A stretch of DNA of 62,068 nucleotides, counting the filler, from Anaerolineae bacterium (GTDB lineage: Bacteria; Chloroflexota; Anaerolineae; Epilineales; Epilineaceae): the NCBI GenBank assembly GCA_029262755.1. It is 8 parts of 8 records of this genome, joined end to end, with 100 filler letters (N's around TTAATTAATTAA, not from the genome) between each part and the next. Parts side by side here need not be neighbours in the genome. Positions count along the whole stretch, not along the records: positions 27,813 to 38,065 come from JAJCYU010000291.1; positions 38,166 to 42,512 come from JAJCYU010000293.1; 6 more parts are not named here. One strand, given 5' to 3'. Below the pieces are notes generated by a model. It was not told the origin of the DNA, made no database searches, and worked only from the letters and a program-made list of their open reading frames with translations. Every line of letters starts with the position of its first letter. The stretch's first letter is position 1. Made by a program: the position numbers and the translations under genes. Positions 27,813 to 40,103 of this stretch are shown here, piece after piece.

Positions 27813-30800
27813 GGTCGTGGCTGATACCGGCAACCACCGGGTGCTGGCCTACGATGTCGCCGATCCGGCGGCGCCCACGCTGCGCTACGCGATCGGGACG
27901 GCCGGCGTGGCCGGGGACGCGGACGGCGTGTTCGCCGGGCCGAGCGGGCTGGGAGTCGACGACGAGCTGCTCTTGGTCGCCGATCGTGGGAACGACCGGA
28001 TCCAGGTGTTCACCGCCGCGACCGGGCGCTACCGCATCGGGATCGACGCCGAGGGTGTGACCGACGTAGACCTCGGTGAGCTCGACATAATCTATGCCGC
28101 GCCGGAGCGGCAGCGGGTCGTGCAGCTGGACCGGCGGCTGGCCAGCGTTACCGGCGGTTGGGGCGCGGACGGCGTGCCCTACCCGAGCTCGCGCGAGTAC
28201 CTGGACGGACCCGTAGGCGTGGCGGCGATGCCGGCCGGGGCGTGGCTGAGCGCCGAGCGCGGCGGGCGCGTGCTGCGTCACGATGCGGATGGGCGCGTGA
28301 AGGTGCTGCGCGCGCGGCAGGGCGTGGGCCGTGAGCACGGTGTTGCGGTGGGCGTGGCGGCGCGGGTGGACGGGTGGTCCGCGGTGCTGGACGCGTGGCC
28401 GGCTGGGTTTACGCTCTTCGATCCCGATGGCGACGAGGCCGCGGTCGTGGCGCTCGCGCCCGCACCGGCGGACGGTCCCTTCCCGACGCCGACACCGGGC
28501 GGGCCGCCGATCGCGACCATCGCGGAGCAACCGTTGGCGATCGCGATGAGCGGGCAGGACCGCGTGCTCGTCGCGGACGGCGCAACGGGGCGCGTGCGCT
28601 TGCTGGCGCTCGACGGGCAGCCGGCTGCGGATCTGGACGGTAGCGCGCTCATGGGTCAGGTCTTCGCCTCGCCGCGCGGCATCGCGATCTCGGCGCTCGA
28701 TGGGCGGATCGCGGTGGCGGATGCGGGGCGGCACGTGGTCGAGGTCTTCGGCGCGAATGGCGACCGCGTCGCGGAGGTCGGGACTGCCGGAGCGGCGGGG
28801 AATGACTTTGCGCAGCTGCGCGCGCCGCACGGCGTAGCGTTTGCGCCGGATGGGAGCTTGATCGTCGCGGATGCCGGCAACCACCGTATTCAAGTCTTCG
28901 ACGTCGGCCTCACCTATCGCACGACGCTCGGCGGCAAGGACGATCACGCGCCGAGCGGGCTGCGCGCGGCGGCGGGCGCGGCGGCCGATCGGTGGGGCGT
29001 GGTGGCCGTCGCGGATGCCGAGGGGCACGTCGTGCGGCGCTATGCGCCCGTGGATACGACGCACTGGCGGCCGGAGATCACCAACGGTTACGGCTCGCCC
29101 GAGACGGCGATCGTGGGGGCGTTGGCCGAGCACGAAGGCGCGTTGCACGCTGCCACCGATGGCGAAGGCGGCGGGGCGGCGCTGTGGCGCACGGAGGACA
29201 GGTCGAGCTGGACGCAGACGATGCGCGGCGGCTTTGGTGATGCGTCGAACGGCGCAATCCACGTGCTGCACAGTCAGGACAGGTGGCTCTATGCGGGCAC
29301 GGAATCGATCGTCGGCCGCGAGGCGGGCGCGTTGGTAGCCAGCCGCGGCGCCGGCCTGTATCGCAGTCAGGACGGAGACGCATGGACGCCCGTGACGACG
29401 GACGGCTTCGGCGAGAACCGGCACTACGCCGTCTCCGCGATGGCCGCACACGAGGGCGCGCTCTACGCCGCGCTCGCGTCGCTGCCCGAGGCGGGTGGGG
29501 CGCGCGTGCTGCGCTCGAGCGCGGGCGGGGACGCGGGGACGTGGGCGCCGGTGGGCGAGGACGGGATGGGTAGCGCGGCGAACCACACGATCGGCGCGAT
29601 GGCCGTGTTCAGCGACAGCCTGCACGCGGGCGTGTGCCCGGAACGCGGCGCGCCGCAGGTGTGGCGGCTGGACGGCGGGACGGACGAATGGGAGCCGGCG
29701 GGGACCTTCACCGGTGCGGCGCCTGCGCAATCCGCGGCGATCGATGCGCGTCTTAGCGGCGATTGCGTCACGGCGCTCGAGCCCTTCGAGGGCGGGCTTT
29801 TCGCGATGATCGGGCCCTCGCCCTTGGCGGCCGGGCCGCGCACGAATGCACCCGTATCGCTGTGGCGATGCTGCGAGGCGGGGGGGCCGTGGGCGCCCGT
29901 GACGGCGCCGGACTTCGGCGAGCCAGGCGTGGACGGCGCGGCCTTGCTCGCGCCCTTCGACTCGCCGCCCGTGTCCTATCTCTATGCCGTGCTCGGTGGG
30001 CGGGGCGGGTTGCTCGTACAGCGCAGCACGGACGGTTTGGCCTGGGAGCCGTTGGTCGATGACGGCTTCGGGGACGATCGCAATCGCGCCGTTTCCGGGC
30101 CGGGCGCCTGGGCGCGTTTCGCAGATCGGCTCTACGTTGGCACCGAGAACGAGGCGCATGGCGGCGAGCTGTGGTCTACGGGCGGAAGCAGGCCGCAGGT
30201 TAGCGTGCCCACCAAGCCGGTGCCGGTGACGCCGACGCCGCGGCCGACGCCGCAGCCGCTCGATGGGCCGATGGGCTACGAGAAGGTCGATCAATGGCCG
30301 GTATCCGCCTTGGACCAACCGGCGGACGTGCTCGGCAACGTCGTCGACTTGGCCGTGGACGCAGACGGCATCGCCTACTTGTCGGACGAAGGCTTGAGCC
30401 GCGTCACGCGATTGGCCCAGGACGGGACGTGGCTGGCGCCGCTGGGCGTGGACGGGCCGCCGCAAGTGCGCCTCGGTGAGGCGGGGCCCGTGGCGGTGGA
30501 TGCGGGCAACGACCGCGTGTACGTCGGCGATCTGGCCAGCGACCGTATCGTGGTGATGCAGCGCGACGGCGAGTTTGTGGCCGAGTGGCCCAACGTGCAT
30601 CCGGCCGACATGGCCGTGGACGCCGCGGGGAGGCTGTGGGTGGCCGATCGCTACGACGGTGGTATCCGTCGCTACGCAGCGGACGGGACCGAGGAGCTGC
30701 GCTACGGGCGCTTCGGCTTCCCGCGCCAGGCGCAGGGCGACCGCGATGTGCCGGATCGCTTCGCGGGCTTTGCGTCACTGGGCGTGGATGCGGACGGCAA

Positions 30801-33800
30801 GGTGTACGTGGGCCACCAGGGCGGAGCGATCCTACGACGCTACCGGCAGGAAGCCGGCACGTTGGTCATCGAGGATAGCGACTTGCTGACGCGCAACGGC
30901 TGCGCGGCGCTGCGCATCGCTGTGCAACGGCCCGGTGACGTAGTCGTGGAGAGCGACGGGCCGCCGCTGCCGCTGGGTTGCGTCCTGGAAGCGGGCCGTC
31001 GCGGGCGGGATCTGCCGACGGCGCATCGGTCTTCCGATGTCGAGCAGATCCGCTTGCGCGCCACGGATCCGGGCCGCAACCACGCGGTGGCGATGGCGAT
31101 CTGGCAGCCTGCGCCGGGCATGGGCGCGGCCGTGCAGCAGCAGGCGCGCCCAGCCGTGCTGCGCTACGCCGATACGGCCTTCCGTGCACTGCGGCAGGTG
31201 GATCGCGGGCGGGATCTGAACAACAACGCGGTGCCCGTCGCCGAGCGGATCCTGGATCCCGTGCGCATCAGCGGCCTGGACGACGGCTCGCTCACGGTCA
31301 ACGACACCGCGGGCGGCGTGCGCCGCTTCACGGCCGACGGACGCCTGATCGAGTTGCTGCCGGGCGAGACCTACCCGGATCGGGGCGCACAGAGCGTGCT
31401 CGATCCGGCGCTATCGGTGGCAACGGGCGATCCCGGCTTCGTGATCGGCGTCGGCAGCGTTGCGCGCGGACCGCGAGCGGCGCCCGGCGTGCTCTACGGC
31501 GACACGGTGCTACGCCGCCGCTGCCAGGGCGGAGCGTGCACGATGCTGCCCTACATCAATCGCTGGTGGTCCACGACGCTGCCGTCGCAAACCTATCCGC
31601 CGGGCCTGAATGCGCTTAGCGTTGACTTCGCCCCGCGCGAACGGGAGTTCCTTGCGCTGCAGCTCTACCGCGACAACCCGTCGCCCATCGAGGACTTGCC
31701 CGCACGCATCCTGCGCTATCCGCTGGACCGCGGCGGCCGGCGGCAACAGATAGACCTGCCATGGGGCGATCGTCTCGCGCTGTGGGTGGATATCGACGTC
31801 GGCACCGACGGCCGGCTCTACGTGCTGGACACGCTCAACGACTGGGTGCAGATCCACCGTGTGTCCGGCGAGCTCGTCGACAAGGTGCGCGTGCCCACCG
31901 ATGCGTGGCGGATCGCGGGTGGGCCGGACGGAGACCTCTTCCTGCTCACGACCCACGCCGAGGTCGTTCGGTTGGCGCCCGACGGCACGGAGCGGGCGCG
32001 CTTCAAGGCGCTGCCGCGCGCCGGCCTGCCGGATCTCGCGCCGGTGGACATCGCGGTGGACGCGGACGGCTGGGTCTACGTGCTGGACGGCTTCGAGCGG
32101 CGCGTCACGGTGTTTGCGCCGGCGGGCCTGGACACGAGCGTCGATGTGGGCCCGGTGTGCGCCTTCGCCGGCGACAAGTGGGCCGATCCGACGGACCTGC
32201 CGTTGGGGGATACGACCACGCTCGAGCTACTGCTCGCCGGCTCCTGCGGTGAGGTGGAGCGACCGGCGGATGTCGTCATGGCCGTCGCCATCTATCCGCG
32301 GAGCAACGCGCGCCCCGATCCGACGATGACCAACCTGCGCGTCGCACGCCAGGTCGTGGCGGCCGTGGATTTCGCGCGGCACCGGTTGGGTATCGTCGTC
32401 TACAGCAGCATCGCCAACGTCGAGACCAAGCTCACGGAGAAGGCCGCTCTGGCGGTGCGGGCCATCACAAGCGTCAAGCCGGCGAGCCGCGGTCAGGGCA
32501 ACGACTACGTCGCGCTGCGGACCGCCAAGGACCTCTTCACCGGACCGCCCGACCGCAACAAGGTGCTGATCCTTGTCGCGCCCTTCGGTACGGGCAACGA
32601 CGCGATCCTAGACCTTGCCGAAGAACTGCAGGACGACGACATCACCATCCTGGCCGTCAACGGCAACAGCCCGACGGTGAGCAGCGAGCTCTTGGCGGGG
32701 ATCACGGTCGAGCCATTCGGCGCCGGGACCGCGCGGCCGGCGCTACGGCGCTTGTTCCGCCGTCTGCGCCCGCCCTCGCTCGTGGCGACGGGCGTTGTCA
32801 CGGACACGTTGCCGGCCAACATGGACTACGTGCCGGGTAGCGCCGTCCCGGCAGCCGCATGGGACGCGGCGAGCCGCACGCTGACGTGGGACGTCAGCGG
32901 CTGGCCGGAAGGCCCGGCCTTCCGCGCGTCCGTCGACGTCCGCCCGAGCCAGGAAGGCCGCTGGCCGACCAACGTAGAGGCGGGCGCCGGTCTCGTGGAC
33001 GGGTGGGGCAACCCCGCGTCCGTACGCTTCCCCGTGCCCTACGTCCGCGTGTACGGCGAGCCTCCGCCCAGCGCTACCCCGCGGCCGACCCGCACCCCGA
33101 CCCCAACGCCGACGCCCCTGCCCACCCGCGAACCGACGCCGGTACCCACCAGCGAGCCGGGCACCGTGTACTTGCCGCTCACGTTGCGCACGGAGGGCTG
33201 CAAGCCCGAAGAGCGCCACGCGGACGCCGTGGTGGTGCTGGACACGTCCGGCAGCATGAGCGCGCCGACCACGCCGGGCGGCCCGCCGAAGCTGGATGCG
33301 GCGCGCGACGCGGCGCAAGGTTTCCTCTCGCAGCTGGCGGAGGGCCGTGACCAAGCGGCGCTCGTCCAGTTCAACGGCGCCGCCGAGGTGCTGGCGCCAC
33401 TGGGCCCGCCCAGCGCGGCGCTTGCCGCTCTCGGCACGCTCACCCAGGCAAGCGGCACACGCCTGGACCTGGCCCTAGAGGCGGCCGAGGCTGCGCTGAA
33501 CGTCCCGACACGCGATCCACGCAACAACCCCGTGCTCGTCTTGCTCACCGACGGCGAGCCCAACGGCGTGACGCCGGACGAGGTCCGTGCCGTCGCAACG
33601 CGCGTGAAGGCCGGTGACGGCCGCCCCGGCGGCGAGGTCCTCGTGTTTACCATCGGCCTGGGCACGGCCGTCGATGCCGCGCTGATGGCGGACGTCGCAA
33701 GCCGCCCGACCTGGTACTTCCCGGCGCCGGACACGGCCGACCTAGCGCGCATCTACGGGCAGATCGTGTTCGAGATCCCCTGTGAGCCGGATTGGCCGTG

Positions 33801-33801
33801 A
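27813..33801 (+). CDS. Very large exported NHL-repeat/beta-propeller protein with Ig-like (DUF11-type) domain, degenerate vWA, Pro/Thr linker, YLP motif and C-terminal vWA; 5' truncated
   Basis: VADTGNHRV, VADRGNDRIQVF, PHGVAFAPDGSLIVADAGNHRIQVF; VTDTLPANMDYVPGS; VLDTSGSM...LLTDG...FTIGLG. Confidence 0.88.
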
Positions 33802-33826
33802 GGGGTGGGTGGAGTGAGGGAAGGGC

Positions 33827-34084
33827 ATGATTGCCTTTGTCTCCGCCGTCGCCGGCATCGGGCTGCTGTTCGTCTTTCTGTACCAAAGCGAGAAACGCAA
33901 CGAGCGCGAAGAGCCCAATAAGGACGTAGGACGGCACGGGAAGTACTTCATGCACTACGTGCTAGACCTCCCGTTGCCCAGGAGCGGCGGCCGTGCCAAG
34001 CGTTTCCGTATCGAGATTCTCGTGGCGGGCGTGTTGCTGGTCCTAGCGATCGGGGGCATCGTGGTCGTCAGGCTTGCGCCGTAG
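33827..34084 (+). CDS. Small 2-TM membrane protein
   Basis: GGGAAGGG upstream of ATG; hydrophobic N- and C-termini. Confidence 0.55.
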   Translation: MIAFVSAVAGIGLLFVFLYQSEKRNEREEPNKDVGRHGKYFMHYVLDLPLPRSGGRAKRFRIEILVAGVLLVLAIGGIVVVRLAP

Positions 34085-36335
34085 GGCGAAGTTCTATGGG
34101 CTGCTGGACGGGAGGGCTCTCGCCTCAATCCCTGGAGGTCGATGCCTCATCGACTCGAATCGCCGGTTCCGCCGACCGTGTCTCTTGCGCCTCGTACGGT
34201 GCTGCTTGGCGGCCGTTGCCGCATGGACCGTTGGCGTTGGCGCAACTGCGGGCGCAACCGTGCAGGCCCAAGACGCCGGGGTCGCCCAGGACCGAGCCAT
34301 CCTCGGTTCCGCGCTGGCTACCGATCTGGGAGGACTTGCGGCTGGAGGTCGGGGGCTCAGCCCTGTCGCCCATTGGGGCGGGGCCATGCTCTTGATGGCC
34401 ATGGAGCCGAAGCGACCGGTCTTGTGGTCTGCGTCGGGGCCGCGGGTCGCGACCTTTGACGTCGGCGCCGGCGGGCTGCGACGGCTTGGGCGCACGCCCG
34501 CCCTACCCGGTATGGTCCGTGCGCTGGCCGTGGGCGATGGCGTCGCGATCGCAGTCGACGGGGCGGTACGGTCCAGCGCATGGCTCATCGACGGCACCGA
34601 TCCGGCGTGGCCGCGCAGCGTGCGTGCGTTGGACGTGGGAGGGCCGGTCACCGCGGTGGCGATTGTCGGCCGGATGGCCGTCGTGGCCGTGCGGCACGAG
34701 GTCGTCCGTTTGGACCTAACGCAACTCGATTCACCGAGGATCGTCGGTCGACTCGATGTGCAAAGGTTGCAAGGAACGACGGACTCGATTGGTGCCGTAG
34801 CGCTGCTCGGCTCGCGCGTGGCTGTTTCGGCGGACACCTCAGGCGACGTGCTTGTGCTCGATCTCGATGCCCCCAGCGAATCCGCGCTACGCGTGCGCTT
34901 CGAAGACGTCTTCGCACAGCGCCTATATTGGCACGAAGCGCGGGTTTACGCGTGGACGGATTCCGCGGAGGTACTCGTGTTCCTGCCGGACGGGCCGGAC
35001 CCACGTCGGATCACGTGGATCCGCCAGCAGCACTCGAGTGACGGGGTATCGCTCGTTGTCGATCTCGCGTTCGAAGGGGACCGGGTGTATCTGGCGTGGT
35101 TGAACGTTTCTGACAATACAGTGCAGGTGGAGCGCCGGCGATGGGACGCCTTTGGCGAAGACGAGTTTGAATTGGAGGGAAAGACCCCTGCTTTGCCACA
35201 CCCACATCCGTTCATTCAAGCGTATTGGTCGATCGCGATTGCAAGATCGCCGGCCGCCCCGCTCGTGCTGCTGAGAGCCGGCGCGCTCTACGTGGTGCAT
35301 GAGACGGGCTTTGAGGACGGCGCGGAATCGGCGGAGCTAGCTTCCGGTCTCGAGCTGATATCCGACGCAATCGTCGCGCTCGATGCGCGTCCCGGGCTTC
35401 TCGTCACGGGTTCCCGATTCGGGGTCGTCGATCTGTTCGACACACGTTTGCCGGATGCCCCGCGACAGATCGGTCGATGGCAGACGCCGTTTGGTTATCT
35501 ACGGCGACGGGAGATTCGATTCGTTCGGCTCGTTGCGGACATTCTATGGATTGGGGTGGAGGATGGATTCATGGCGTTGGACATCACCGATCCAGGCCGG
35601 CCGAGCCTCATCGCGGAGCACGACACCGACCACGTGCGCGCCATGATCGTCGACCGCGGACGGGTATTGATCGCGGCTGGCAACCGCGTTCACATTCGGG
35701 ACGGACGGGCGCCTGCGCTGCAGTCGAATCGTCCGCCGTTGGCCTTGGCGAACGGCGAGATCCTGAGCATGGTGGTTGCGGGGGAAGTGCTCTGGGTTGC
35801 GACCAATCTCGCGGTACTCGAAGCCTTCGATCTCCGTGAACCCGAATCCTCGCAGCCGATCGCGGTTCATCCAATTCGCGGCGGATCGGCGGAGGCCGCG
35901 ATGACGATGGCGCGCGGTCATCTCGTCATCCTGACTGGCGGTGCGGTTGCCGGGGCCTCCGATGTCCTGCTTGTCCTCGACGTGTCGCGCCCCGACAACG
36001 TGCTGGAGGTCGGCCAGCTCGACCAACCCTCGGCCAGTCCGAACATTGCGCTCAGCATCCGGCCGCCCTTTGGCACGCTGTTGCCCTACGGCGAGGGCGT
36101 CATGCTGGCGCACCCCGGTGCAGGAGCCGTGGTGATCGACCTGCGCGTTCCTTCCGCGCCGGACGAGGCTGCGGTCCTGCCGTTGCCCGGGGAAACCGCG
36201 GTCGCGGTGGCGGACGGCGACGGAGTGTGGTTCGGCGGCCTGATGGGCGGCATCACGCTTGTACGACGGACGTCCGACGTCGTGCGCGGATCCCAACGCG
36301 CCTGGTTGCCGGCATTGGGAGCAATCCAGCGTTGA
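34074..36335 (+). CDS. Exported LVIVD-like beta-propeller protein ending in AWLPAL motif; start uncertain, possible frameshift near 34205
   Basis: WLIDGTDPAWP, ALDITDPGRP, LVLDVSRPDN, VVIDLRVPSAP repeats; signal-like AAVAAWTVGVGATAGATVQA. Confidence 0.75.
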   Translation: MRRRAKFYGLLDGRALASIPGGRCLIDSNRRFRRPCLLRLVRCCLAAVAAWTVGVGATAGATVQAQDAGVAQDRAILGSALATDLGGLAAGGRGLSPVAHWGGAMLLMAMEPKRPVLWSASGPRVATFDVGAGGLRRLGRTPALPGMVRALAVGDGVAIAVDGAVRSSAWLIDGTDPAWPRSVRALDVGGPVTAVAIVGRMAVVAVRHEVVRLDLTQLDSPRIVGRLDVQRLQGTTDSIGAVALLGSRVAVSADTSGDVLVLDLDAPSESALRVRFEDVFAQRLYWHEARVYAWTDSAEVLVFLPDGPDPRRITWIRQQHSSDGVSLVVDLAFEGDRVYLAWLNVSDNTVQVERRRWDAFGEDEFELEGKTPALPHPHPFIQAYWSIAIARSPAAPLVLLRAGALYVVHETGFEDGAESAELASGLELISDAIVALDARPGLLVTGSRFGVVDLFDTRLPDAPRQIGRWQTPFGYLRRREIRFVRLVADILWIGVEDGFMALDITDPGRPSLIAEHDTDHVRAMIVDRGRVLIAAGNRVHIRDGRAPALQSNRPPLALANGEILSMVVAGEVLWVATNLAVLEAFDLREPESSQPIAVHPIRGGSAEAAMTMARGHLVILTGGAVAGASDVLLVLDVSRPDNVLEVGQLDQPSASPNIALSIRPPFGTLLPYGEGVMLAHPGAGAVVIDLRVPSAPDEAAVLPLPGETAVAVADGDGVWFGGLMGGITLVRRTSDVVRGSQRAWLPALGAIQR

Positions 36336-36371
36336 TGGGTTGGCGTGTGACCGTCGTCATGCTCACCCGCG

Positions 36372-38065
36372 CTAGCGTAGAAGCCAGGGCAGCACGATCG
36401 AATGCTCGCTCGCAGGGGGCGTTCCGCTAGGCTGCGTGCAGCCGGGTCGCAGGCAGATCGTCAGGACCCCGACGGAATCGCCCGTAGCGACCAACCAATC
36501 GCCACGTAGCGCCACGTCGCGTAGGACGAGCTGGGGTGTACGAAGCAGCTCGGTCGGGTGGCTGGGATTGCGCAGGTCGAATGCTTGCGCGGCGCCATTG
36601 TCCAGCAACACCACCGTGTCGTTGCTTGCTTTCATGCGGCGCTGCGTAGCCGTTGTCGTCTCCAGATCGATGAAGCCGAGTTCATTCGGCGGGTTGCCGA
36701 CGGCGCTGTCCAACACGTGCAGACCTGCTGCATCGAGCACGAAGAGGTGATGATCGTTCACGGCGATTCCGCGTACGCCTGTGCCGAACTCCCGCTGCAC
36801 GTCGGGCTTGGTGGGATCCGCTAGATCGATTTCGACGATGCCGACCGCATCGTAGGCGAAGAGGTGCGTGCCCCGACTGTCGGCTCCGAATACGGGTGGG
36901 CGGCCGGGACGATCCAAGAAGATGGGGTCGAGCGGTAGTGCGTTGGACGGATCGCGAACGTCGTAGACCTCCATGCTGCCCAGTGTCAACGTGAGGAGCG
37001 CCGGCTGGGTGGGCATGAGCCGCACAGGGAAGGATGTGCTCTCGACGAAGCCGAGAGTGCTGCCGTCGCTTGTGTCTAGGATGCGAACCCGCCACTCGTC
37101 GGGGTAAGCGTAGGCGCGGTCGCCGAGGACTTCCAGCTCGTCGAAATGCTGATTCCCGAGGATGGGCTCGGCGACTGCGAGCCGCGGCTCGGCCATTTCT
37201 TGGAGGTCGATGCGCCATACACCGTTCTGGCTGCGTGTATGCGGGTAGTACGACGGGCCCGGCGAAGCTGCGCTCACCCAGGCTTCGCCTCCGACGAAGG
37301 CAACGCGAAGACCCGCAAGCGCCATGGGCTCCCAGATGATCGTTGGAGTGCCTCGCGGAGCCGGCTCCAGTAGCGGTTCGTAGCGCACGCCGACGCCCCT
37401 CCCGCTGAGCACGAGCACGTCGTTCCGCACCACGGCTCCGGATACCGGACCGCTCGGTTCGCCCAGAATTCCGCGACGTCCTGGCTGATCGGACTCGCAG
37501 ATGCGCTCGACCTCGCCGTGCGGGAACACGATGAGCGGGCAGCCACGATGCATCGTGATCCAGGTGGGCAGACGGAAGCCGGACGGTTCGGCTGCGTAGG
37601 CGCTATGCCCGATCAGCCGTGGCATCGTGGGGTCCGTGATATCGATCTTGGCAAGGCCTAGCTGCTCGTCCAGGAGCCACAAGCGGGTTCCGTCCAACGC
37701 GGCGCCCCTTGCGCAGCGGCCGATCGTCAACTCTCCGATGATGGCGGGCGGCGAAAGGCGCGGGTCGATCAGCAGCAGCCGACCCGGCGGATCCGTGGCC
37801 CGTAAGCCGCACGCGACGGCGGTGGTGATCGCCACGAGATCGTCTCGCGCGTCCACGCTGAGCGCCTCGCCGATCGTGTGGATCCGTTCGACGAGCCTAG
37901 GCTCGCTCGGTTGCGAAAAGTCGACCAGAACGGCATGGCCGGCGCCTAGAGCCAGCCAGGCGCGGTCGCCAAGAACGCGCAGTCCCTGGGGCTGAGAGCC
38001 AGGGCCAAGCTGCATTCGGCCCACCACAGTCGGGACACCGTCCGCGCCCGAGAGGTCAAAGATCC
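36372..38065 (-). CDS. LVIVD-like beta-propeller protein ending IVLPWLLR; 5' truncated
   Basis: LVDFSQPSEP, IDITDPTMP, VYDVRDPS, IDLADPTKP, FDLRNPSHP repeats. Confidence 0.8.
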
Positions 38066-38165
38066 NNNNNNNNNNNNNNNNNNNNNNNNNNNNNNNNNNN
38101 NNNNNNNNNTTAATTAATTAANNNNNNNNNNNNNNNNNNNNNNNNNNNNNNNNNNNNNNNNNNNN

Positions 38166-39121
38166 CCGAGCTCGCCGAGCACGACGGGCGCCAGAATCGA
38201 GAAGATCTTGCCGATCGCGCCCTTGTCCAGCCCAGCCTTCTCGGCGACGCCGCGCTCGATGGCGCCGCGCTGCGGACCAAACACGTGCTCGAGGATCTCG
38301 TCGCCTTCGGTCGGGTCGCTATCGAGAATGAAGTCGTCGCTCTCCATGAGACCACCGTTGTGGTCTCGCTCGAGCGCGCCGTAGAGTTCTTCCGCGCCCT
38401 TGCCCTTGCTCGCGTTGCGGGCCAAGGCGGCCAGGATCATGGGCAATGCCATTTGGACCAGCCCACGCGTCGCGGACGGCGATAGACCGAGTTGCTTGCC
38501 GATGCTCTGGAATTGGCGATCACCCAGGCGACCGAGAATCTGCGAGGCGATGCCGCTCATGCCCGTCGGCGCCGCTTGTGCGCCGCCGCCGAGGGCGCCG
38601 CCCAGAATCTGGCCCGCAATACCGGAAAGGCCGCCGCCGGCAGTGCTCTCGCGGCCGCCGCTCGCGCCGCCGATCATGCCGATGAGGTCGCCCGCATCGA
38701 AACCGCCGGAGCGCTTCTGCTTGCCCAACTGGGCCATGATGACGGGGGCCAGCATGCCCATCATCTTCTGCATCTGGTCGCTCTTCACGCCGGCCTCGGA
38801 GGCCGCCGCCTGCTCCACCGCGCCGCGCTGGCCGCCGAAGACATGCTTCAGAATCGCGTCACCGGGCGTCGTGTCGCCGCGGCCTACGAAGTCGTCCAGC
38901 GAATCGAGCAAGCTGCCGTCATGGTCTTTTTCAAGGGCCTTGTTGAGGCTCTGGGCGCCGTCCTGCGATGCGCTATTGCGCGCCATCGCGGCCATGATCG
39001 CCGGCATGGCGACCTTCATCGCCGCGGCCGCCTGCCGGTCGTCCATGCCGAGCTTGGCGCCCAGCTTGCCCGCCTGCTGCTGCGCCAGTTGGCCCATCAT
39101 TTGTTCAATCAGTGGGTTCAT
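38166..39121 (-). CDS. Tandem DUF937 (YidB-like) domain protein, 3' truncated
   Basis: Two copies of AMPAIMAAMARN...ALEKDHDGSLL...GDAILKHVFGGQ...LAPV joined by a Gly-rich linker. Confidence 0.8.
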
Positions 39122-39432
39122 CGTAATTGTCGTCCTTGTCCTCGGGGTAGGCGCTTCAGGCGTTCTTGCTTGAGCGCGACTATGCAGCGATGCGCCTCGC
39201 GCACCGTCCTCGATTGTAGCGTTCGGCTGCTGCGACACCGTAACGGTCGGGTCACGAGCGAAACGTGGCAGGAGCACTGCGACCGTGTGCGCTTCGCCGC
39301 TTGTGTCCCTGCATTTACTGGAAACGCGCGCTGGATCGTGTATCCTCAGTGCAGAGAAGGCCGCATTGGGCCTTCACGCTCACGAAAACTGGACCTACCG
39401 AGGTCAAGTGGCTGCAAGAGGAGATTTCACTC

Positions 39433-39957
39433 ATGGCCAACATCTTCAAAGACATCATCGACGTTTTGAACAAGCCCCTGCCGTTGCCCGGCATGGGCAA
39501 GAAAGACAAGAAGGACGACAAAAAGGCCAAGGAAGCGAAGGCCGAGCCCGTCAAGGTCGCGACCAAGAGCAAGGACGCGGACAAGGCCGGCAAGAAGCAG
39601 GAGAAGGCCGTCGACGTGCAGGCTGAGCTTCGCCGTCGCGACATCGAGCTAAAGCGCGCCGAGCGCAAGGCCGAGGCCGAGCAGCGCCGCGAGATCATCG
39701 AGCAGCGCCGCGAGCTTAAGGACATGCGTCGCAAGTACGAGACGGCGATGGCGGAGCAGGCGAAGGCACATGCCGAGACGGAGGACACCACCTACACCAT
39801 CGTGGCCGGCGACACCCTGTGGGCCATCGCGCAGCGCTTCCTGGGCAACGGCGCCCGCTGGCCGGAGATCCACGAGGCCAACCAGGACAAGATCGAGAAC
39901 CCGAACATGATCTACCCGGGCCAGACGATCGTGATTCCGGACGACGACGACGAGTAG
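39433..39957 (+). CDS. LysM peptidoglycan-binding protein with Lys-rich/coiled-coil N-terminus
   Basis: YTIVAGDTLWAIAQRFLGNGARWPEIHEANQDKIENPNMIYPGQTIVIP; GAGGAG RBS. Confidence 0.9.
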   Translation: MANIFKDIIDVLNKPLPLPGMGKKDKKDDKKAKEAKAEPVKVATKSKDADKAGKKQEKAVDVQAELRRRDIELKRAERKAEAEQRREIIEQRRELKDMRRKYETAMAEQAKAHAETEDTTYTIVAGDTLWAIAQRFLGNGARWPEIHEANQDKIENPNMIYPGQTIVIPDDDDE

Positions 39958-40020
39958 AGCGGGTAGCGCGCATTCGCAGTCGCGGGGCGCGCGCAGGAAT
40001 CACTAGGATTCAGCGCAGAA

Positions 40021-40067
40021 CATAGAGAGAGGGCGCGGCCGAAACGGTCGCGCCCTCTCTTTCTATG
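40021..40067. terminator. Bidirectional intrinsic terminator
   Basis: AGAGAGGGCGCGGCC-GAAA-CGGTCGCGCCCTCTCT followed by TTCTAT, between convergent genes. Confidence 0.75.
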
Positions 40068-40103
40068 TCTGTTCGGCTCGAATGGCAGGTCTCGAGCCGA
40101 CGG

